A DNA stretch of 64,000 nt from contig CAVPPB010000003.1 in NCBI GenBank assembly GCA_963707215.1, positions 800,001 to 864,000 of the forward strand, in the 5' to 3' direction. Below are positions 59,737 through 64,000 of this stretch, piece after piece. This DNA is from an uncultured Chloroflexia bacterium (GTDB taxonomy: Bacteria > Chloroflexota > Limnocylindria > Limnocylindrales > CSP1-4). The notes beneath the pieces are model-generated. The model did no database searches. It saw nothing but the letters and a program-made list of their open reading frames with translations, and was not told where the DNA came from. A program made the translations under genes and the position numbers. Position 1 is the stretch's first letter, and each line of letters starts with the position of its first letter.

Positions 59737-60687
59737 ATGGCCCGCAGCGTGCGAACGGTCCAGGAGGGCGACCTGCCCGCCATCCGGGCCGTGATGGAGG
59801 CGTCCCTTGCCGTCGATGGGATCCCCGGCTTCACCGCGACCGACATCGACCGGGCCATCGACCGCCTGCCGGCGGACCCTGGCTGCGCGGCGGTGGCCGA
59901 GGTCGACGGGACGATCGTCGGCTATGCGATCCCCGGGCACGACGACCTGACCGTCCACCCGGATCATCGGCGCCGGGGGCACGGTCGGGCGCTGGTTCCG
60001 GCCGCCATCGACATCGCCCGCGCCATGGGGCACCGGATGCTGCTGCTCCACGTGCCGACCCACCTGGAGGCATCGGTGTCGTTCGCCCGGGCCTTGGGCT
60101 TCGCCTACCACTCGAGTCTCTGGCTGTTCGAGCTGTCGCCCGACGTCGCCGTGGCGTCGCCGGAGTGGCCGGACGGCTACGTCGCCCGTCCGTTCGACCG
60201 CGACGAGGACCTGGGCCGCTACGTCGCCCTGATGAACGCCACCTTCGCCGACCACCCGACGCCGGTGGCCTGGTCCCAGGCCGTCGTGGCGCGCGTGCAC
60301 GGCCTGCCGTCGTTCCACCCGGAGGATGTCCGGATCGTCGTCCCGGCGGGCCAGCCCGATCGGCCGGTGGCCTTCTCGCGGGTCGAGGTGTGGAGTGGAA
60401 CAGGCTCGGCGCCGACCGGCTGGATCAACCAGATCGGCGTCCTCCCGGCGGACCGCGGTCGAGGGCTCGGCCGGGCGCTGCTTCGCTGGGGCGTGGGACA
60501 CCTTCGCACCCGGGGAGCGGGGCCGGTCCAGCTCGCCGTGGAGGCGCTCAACGACCGGGCCCTGGAGCTGTACCGGCGTCACGGCTTCAGGGCGACCATC
60601 GAGTGGCCCCACTGGGGCCTGGCCGTCCCGTCGAGCGACGGGACGAGCCCTCCCGCCGCAGCGGACAGGGCCCAGGGCTGGTCCTAG
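59737..60687 (+). CDS. Tandem-domain GNAT acetyltransferase (MshD-like fold)
   Basis: VHPDHRRRGHG and GVLPADRGRGLG acetyl-CoA motifs; N.RAL.LY..HGF. Confidence 0.85.
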   Translation: MARSVRTVQEGDLPAIRAVMEASLAVDGIPGFTATDIDRAIDRLPADPGCAAVAEVDGTIVGYAIPGHDDLTVHPDHRRRGHGRALVPAAIDIARAMGHRMLLLHVPTHLEASVSFARALGFAYHSSLWLFELSPDVAVASPEWPDGYVARPFDRDEDLGRYVALMNATFADHPTPVAWSQAVVARVHGLPSFHPEDVRIVVPAGQPDRPVAFSRVEVWSGTGSAPTGWINQIGVLPADRGRGLGRALLRWGVGHLRTRGAGPVQLAVEALNDRALELYRRHGFRATIEWPHWGLAVPSSDGTSPPAAADRAQGWS

Positions 60688-61157
60688 GGCTGGTCCTGTC
60701 CCGTGGGCCGGCGGTCGCCCGCCGGCGGTCCATCCTCAGGGGCCGGCAAGCGCTCGAGCTCGCCCCGGAACAACGTGCTGTCGGGCTCCAGCGCGACCGC
60801 GAGCTTCAGGTGGGTCCGGGCCTCGGCGACGCGGCCGGCCCTCCGCAGGACCCTGGCCAGCGCGTAGTGGGCGTATCCCGAGGCGGGATCCACCTCGACG
60901 AGGGCCTCGAAGGTCTCGACGGCCCGCTCGACCTGGCCGCTCTGCGCATAGGCGCGCCCCAGCGGCTCGAGGATCGAGCCCTTGCCGGGCTCGATCGCCG
61001 CGGCGCGCTCCAGGACGACCGCCGCCTGGGCGTGATGGCGACCCCGCATCAGGCGCTGGCCGCGCTGGAGCAGCTCGTAGGCCGACTCGTGATCGCTCGG
61101 CGCGGGGCCGTCGTCGGTGTCGGCCGGGCGAGGGTCTGTCGGCTCCGGGTGCGGCAT
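60684..61157 (-). CDS. Tetratricopeptide repeat protein
   Basis: A...LERA...EP...SI.E.LGRAY, F..LVE.DP...YAHYAL. Confidence 0.85.
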   Translation of the reverse strand: MPHPEPTDPRPADTDDGPAPSDHESAYELLQRGQRLMRGRHHAQAAVVLERAAAIEPGKGSILEPLGRAYAQSGQVERAVETFEALVEVDPASGYAHYALARVLRRAGRVAEARTHLKLAVALEPDSTLFRGELERLPAPEDGPPAGDRRPTGQDQP

Positions 61158-61227
61158 GGCCGGATGGTCGCACGAACCGCCCCGAGAGGTCCCGCGACGG
61201 GCCTGCCGGCCCACGGGAGGAGCGACG

Positions 61228-62253
61228 TCAGCCGCGCCACTCCCCGAGATCGACCGGGCGTAGCCGGGGCGATGGGGTCCGCCCGGGGATGCGACCGCGC
61301 TTGGCGATCGGGCGCCCGTCGATCTCCTTGATGTCGCCGGTGAAGTCGATCGGCCGGGCACCGCTGATGTACGAGCCGACGGCGAACGAGTCGACCGGCG
61401 CTCCGGCCTCCTTGAACTGGCCGATCCGGTCCGGGTTGAGACCACCGGAGACGACGATCCGGACGTGCTGGAAGCCGGCCTGGTCGAGGCGGGCCCGGAC
61501 CTCGGTGACCAGCTCGGGGGTGACCCGTCCACGCTCGGAAGGCGTATCGAGGCGGACGCCGTAGAGCCGGTCGCCGAGCGCATTGGCGACCCGGAGGGCT
61601 TCCTCGGCCTCGTCGCGGAAGGTATCGACCAGGACGATCCGGGGGATGTCCGGCTCGAGGTCCCGATCGAAGGCCAGCGCGGCTTCCACCGTGTCGCCGA
61701 AGATCAGGACGAGCGAGTGGGGCATCGTGCCCGTCGGGTTGAGGCCGGCCAGGCGGGCGCCGGCCGGGGTCGATGCGCCGACGCAGCCACCGATGATCGC
61801 CGCGTAGTCGAGGACGTCCGTGATGTCCGGGTGGACGTGCCGCGCCCCGAACATGATGACCGGCTGGGGTGACGCTGCCTCGACGACCAAGCGGGCGGCC
61901 GTGGCCCAGCCGGTCGACTGGGCGAGCATCCCGAGGATGGCCGTCTCGTAGAGCCCGAAGGCCCGATAGCGGGCCTGGATGCGGAGGACGACCTCTCGCG
62001 GCTCGAAGGCGGCCCCGTCATCGAGGGCCTCGACGACCGCCTCGGCGAGGTCGACCTCGGCCAGGACGTGGCCGATCAGGTTCTTGGCCTCGTCCATGCC
62101 GCAGAGGATGCCCGCCTGGCGGGCGAACACCTCCATGGTCACGACCGGATCGAGGCCCTCGCGCTCGAGGACCCGGCTGGCTCGGAAGAAGTACACGTCG
62201 GCCGAGTCGCCGGACAGGATCTCGTGTGACGGACGGGTCCGGTGGATCCCCAT
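61228..62253 (-). CDS. pncB: Nicotinate phosphoribosyltransferase
   Basis: ADVYF, YETAILG, FGARH, PTGTMPHS, LVDTF, VRLDTP, VSGG, KRGR. Confidence 0.9.
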   Translation of the reverse strand: MGIHRTRPSHEILSGDSADVYFFRASRVLEREGLDPVVTMEVFARQAGILCGMDEAKNLIGHVLAEVDLAEAVVEALDDGAAFEPREVVLRIQARYRAFGLYETAILGMLAQSTGWATAARLVVEAASPQPVIMFGARHVHPDITDVLDYAAIIGGCVGASTPAGARLAGLNPTGTMPHSLVLIFGDTVEAALAFDRDLEPDIPRIVLVDTFRDEAEEALRVANALGDRLYGVRLDTPSERGRVTPELVTEVRARLDQAGFQHVRIVVSGGLNPDRIGQFKEAGAPVDSFAVGSYISGARPIDFTGDIKEIDGRPIAKRGRIPGRTPSPRLRPVDLGEWRG

Positions 62254-62378
62254 CAGGCCCTCCACGGACGCGGCGCGCGGACCGGGCCGGTCGAGGTCAT
62301 GGGCTCGGCCTCCATCGCTCCGCTCGCCATCCCTCGAGCCCGTTGCCCGAGCGGGCGGCGATCCGGGCGGAGTGTACC

Positions 62379-64000
62379 CTACGACCCCTCGGCCACGATG
62401 CGGACGTCGCCCTGGGCGATCCGACGAGCCCGACGCCTGGACCGGATCCGGGCCACCAGAAGGGTGCCCGCGGTCAACACGAGCAGGAGGATCCCGAGGC
62501 CGCTGAGCGCCCGGCGGATCCCTACCCCCTCGGCACCGTCCCAGCTGGCCCGGGCCCGCTCCGCGGCCTCGACGGCGGTCAGCAGGTCCCCGGCCTCGAA
62601 GGCGGCTTCGGCGGCGATGAGGTCGGCCTCCGGCTCCTCGCCCAGGAGGCCGATCGAGGCGAGCAGGGTCGGCTCGGCGACATGGGCCGTCTCGGCGTCT
62701 TGGAGCGCGTCGAGTGCGGCGAGCTCTGCCCGGGCCTCGGCGTCGGCAGCCCGCAGACTCCCTTCCTCGAAGCGGTCCCGCAGCGTCGATGGTGGCCGGA
62801 TCCCGAGCTCGTCGGCACGCGCCTCGATCACGGCCCGCTCGTCAAGGACGGCCCTGGCCTGGGCGATGAGCCCGAGTGCCTCGGCGAACCGCCAGGCCCC
62901 GAGCTCTTCCCGGATGGCAGCCGGCAGCTCCCAGTCGACAGCGAGGTCGGCGACCTCGCGATGCTCGCTGCGAGCCACGGATCGTCGATCCAGGAGGTCG
63001 GCTTCCTGGTCCCTGACGACCCAGCGCCGCCACAGATCGTCGAACCGAGCACCCGTCCGTTCCTCCAGGAGGTCGAGGGACCCCCGCCAGTCCGGCGTCG
63101 ATCGGCTCGGGACCGGCGCGTCGGGGTCGCCGTGGCGGGGCTGGTAGGCTGCCTCGCCGGCCGCGACCGCGGCCCAGACCGCCCGGAGCCCGTCCGGCCC
63201 GGCCCGTTCGGCGATCGACGAGGCCAGGGCCAGCGAGGCCGCGTAGCCATAGTCCTCGACCGCGTCGTCGGCCGTGCCCACCGCGCCCCAGGTGTTGAGC
63301 GGGATCCGGGATGCCACGAGCTCCGGGGTCAGGACGTCGGCCGTCGCCTCGACCCCGAGGCCGGTCGCCGCCAGGCCCGCGTAGTAGCTGGCGAACCCCT
63401 CGTTCGCCCAGCGCTCGGCCAGGAACGCGCCGTTGAACCAGAGGTGCGCACCCTCGTGGAGGATGACCAACGGGCCGGCGGCGTAGTCGACGTCGATCCG
63501 CCCCGCTGCCGGGTCGAAGATGCCCGCGTACCCGCCCAGGGTCCGGCTGACCCCCTCGCGCACGACGATGGGCTCGGCGCGCTCCGGGTAGGCGACCCCG
63601 ATCGAATCGCCCAGGACGGGCAGCCCTCGGACGAACAGGTCCTCGATCCGCTCCGACCAGGCCGGGTCGTCGACCCAGGCCTGAAGGGTGATCGGGACCG
63701 GGGCGCCGAGGACGAGCGCCTCGATGTCGCGGGCGGCGTAGGCCCCGGGCCGGTCGGCGACCACGTAGGCGAAGAAGTCGAGCGGGTCGGCGAGCGGGCC
63801 CGTCCGAAAGACCTGGACCCCGTCGGCGCCATCACTCGGGCCGTCCATCGAGCCAGCCGCGAACCCGACGGCGTAGTCGGCCGGCAGGCTCAGGGTCACC
63901 GATCCGCCGGGCGTGTCGTCGCTGGCGAAGGCCCAGACCGGGAAGGTGACCAGGGCCTGGCCGACCCGCACGTCCCGACCGGGGGAGCCACCTGGATCGG
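62379..64000 (-). CDS. Membrane-anchored M1/MA-like zinc metallopeptidase; 5' end beyond the window
   Basis: GGYAG, HEGAHLWF..WANEGFA, C-terminal TM followed by Arg-rich tail. Confidence 0.8.
   Translation of the reverse strand, partial: DPGGSPGRDVRVGQALVTFPVWAFASDDTPGGSVTLSLPADYAVGFAAGSMDGPSDGADGVQVFRTGPLADPLDFFAYVVADRPGAYAARDIEALVLGAPVPITLQAWVDDPAWSERIEDLFVRGLPVLGDSIGVAYPERAEPIVVREGVSRTLGGYAGIFDPAAGRIDVDYAAGPLVILHEGAHLWFNGAFLAERWANEGFASYYAGLAATGLGVEATADVLTPELVASRIPLNTWGAVGTADDAVEDYGYAASLALASSIAERAGPDGLRAVWAAVAAGEAAYQPRHGDPDAPVPSRSTPDWRGSLDLLEERTGARFDDLWRRWVVRDQEADLLDRRSVARSEHREVADLAVDWELPAAIREELGAWRFAEALGLIAQARAVLDERAVIEARADELGIRPPSTLRDRFEEGSLRAADAEARAELAALDALQDAETAHVAEPTLLASIGLLGEEPEADLIAAEAAFEAGDLLTAVEAAERARASWDGAEGVGIRRALSGLGILLLVLTAGTLLVARIRSRRRARRIAQGDVRIVAEGS

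Noticed and set aside
59737-60687. Assignment as mshD
   Set aside because: A tandem GNAT fold alone is insufficient and no other mycothiol genes are present

Overview
Very GC-rich (roughly 70-75% by eye) chromosomal window. Gene content and style suggest a monoderm soil or sediment bacterium such as Chloroflexota or Actinomycetota (inference only). About 60 credible CDSs and one tRNA-His(GTG) are present; most other ORFs in the track are GC-driven shadow frames. No CRISPR array, transposase, integrase or prophage gene was seen. Main blocks: (1) NHEJ genes ligD (frameshifted near 440-460, runs off the left edge) and ku, separated by an MggS-like GT4 pair and a PadR module, with an RmuC/DUF2130-like PD-(D/E)xK protein next to ku; (2) glcD-like oxidase, FGGY kinase, guaD, DUF190 and xanthine dehydrogenase-family genes; (3) surface proteins, bioY and an ABC exporter; (4) tRNA-His followed by a trimethylamine-dehydrogenase-like flavoenzyme with a Cys-to-Ser change in its Fe-S motif; (5) a ~19.5 kb amino-sugar/deoxy-sugar locus with nagA, nagB, ROK, UTRA-GntR plus a GTCTAGAC operator, a NagS-like SIS protein, deoC, two Gfo/Idh/MocA, a TIM-barrel protein, an ABC importer, an AraC-linked Fe-S ene-reductase and a UroD-family protein, which is the best candidate for an undescribed pathway; (6) fasciclin, MsiK-like ATPase, NUDIX, GNAT, TPR, pncB and a peptidase running off the right edge. 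Many operon-leading genes look leaderless (-10 box, 6 nt, start codon). All functional calls come from motif recognition by eye; no searches were run.
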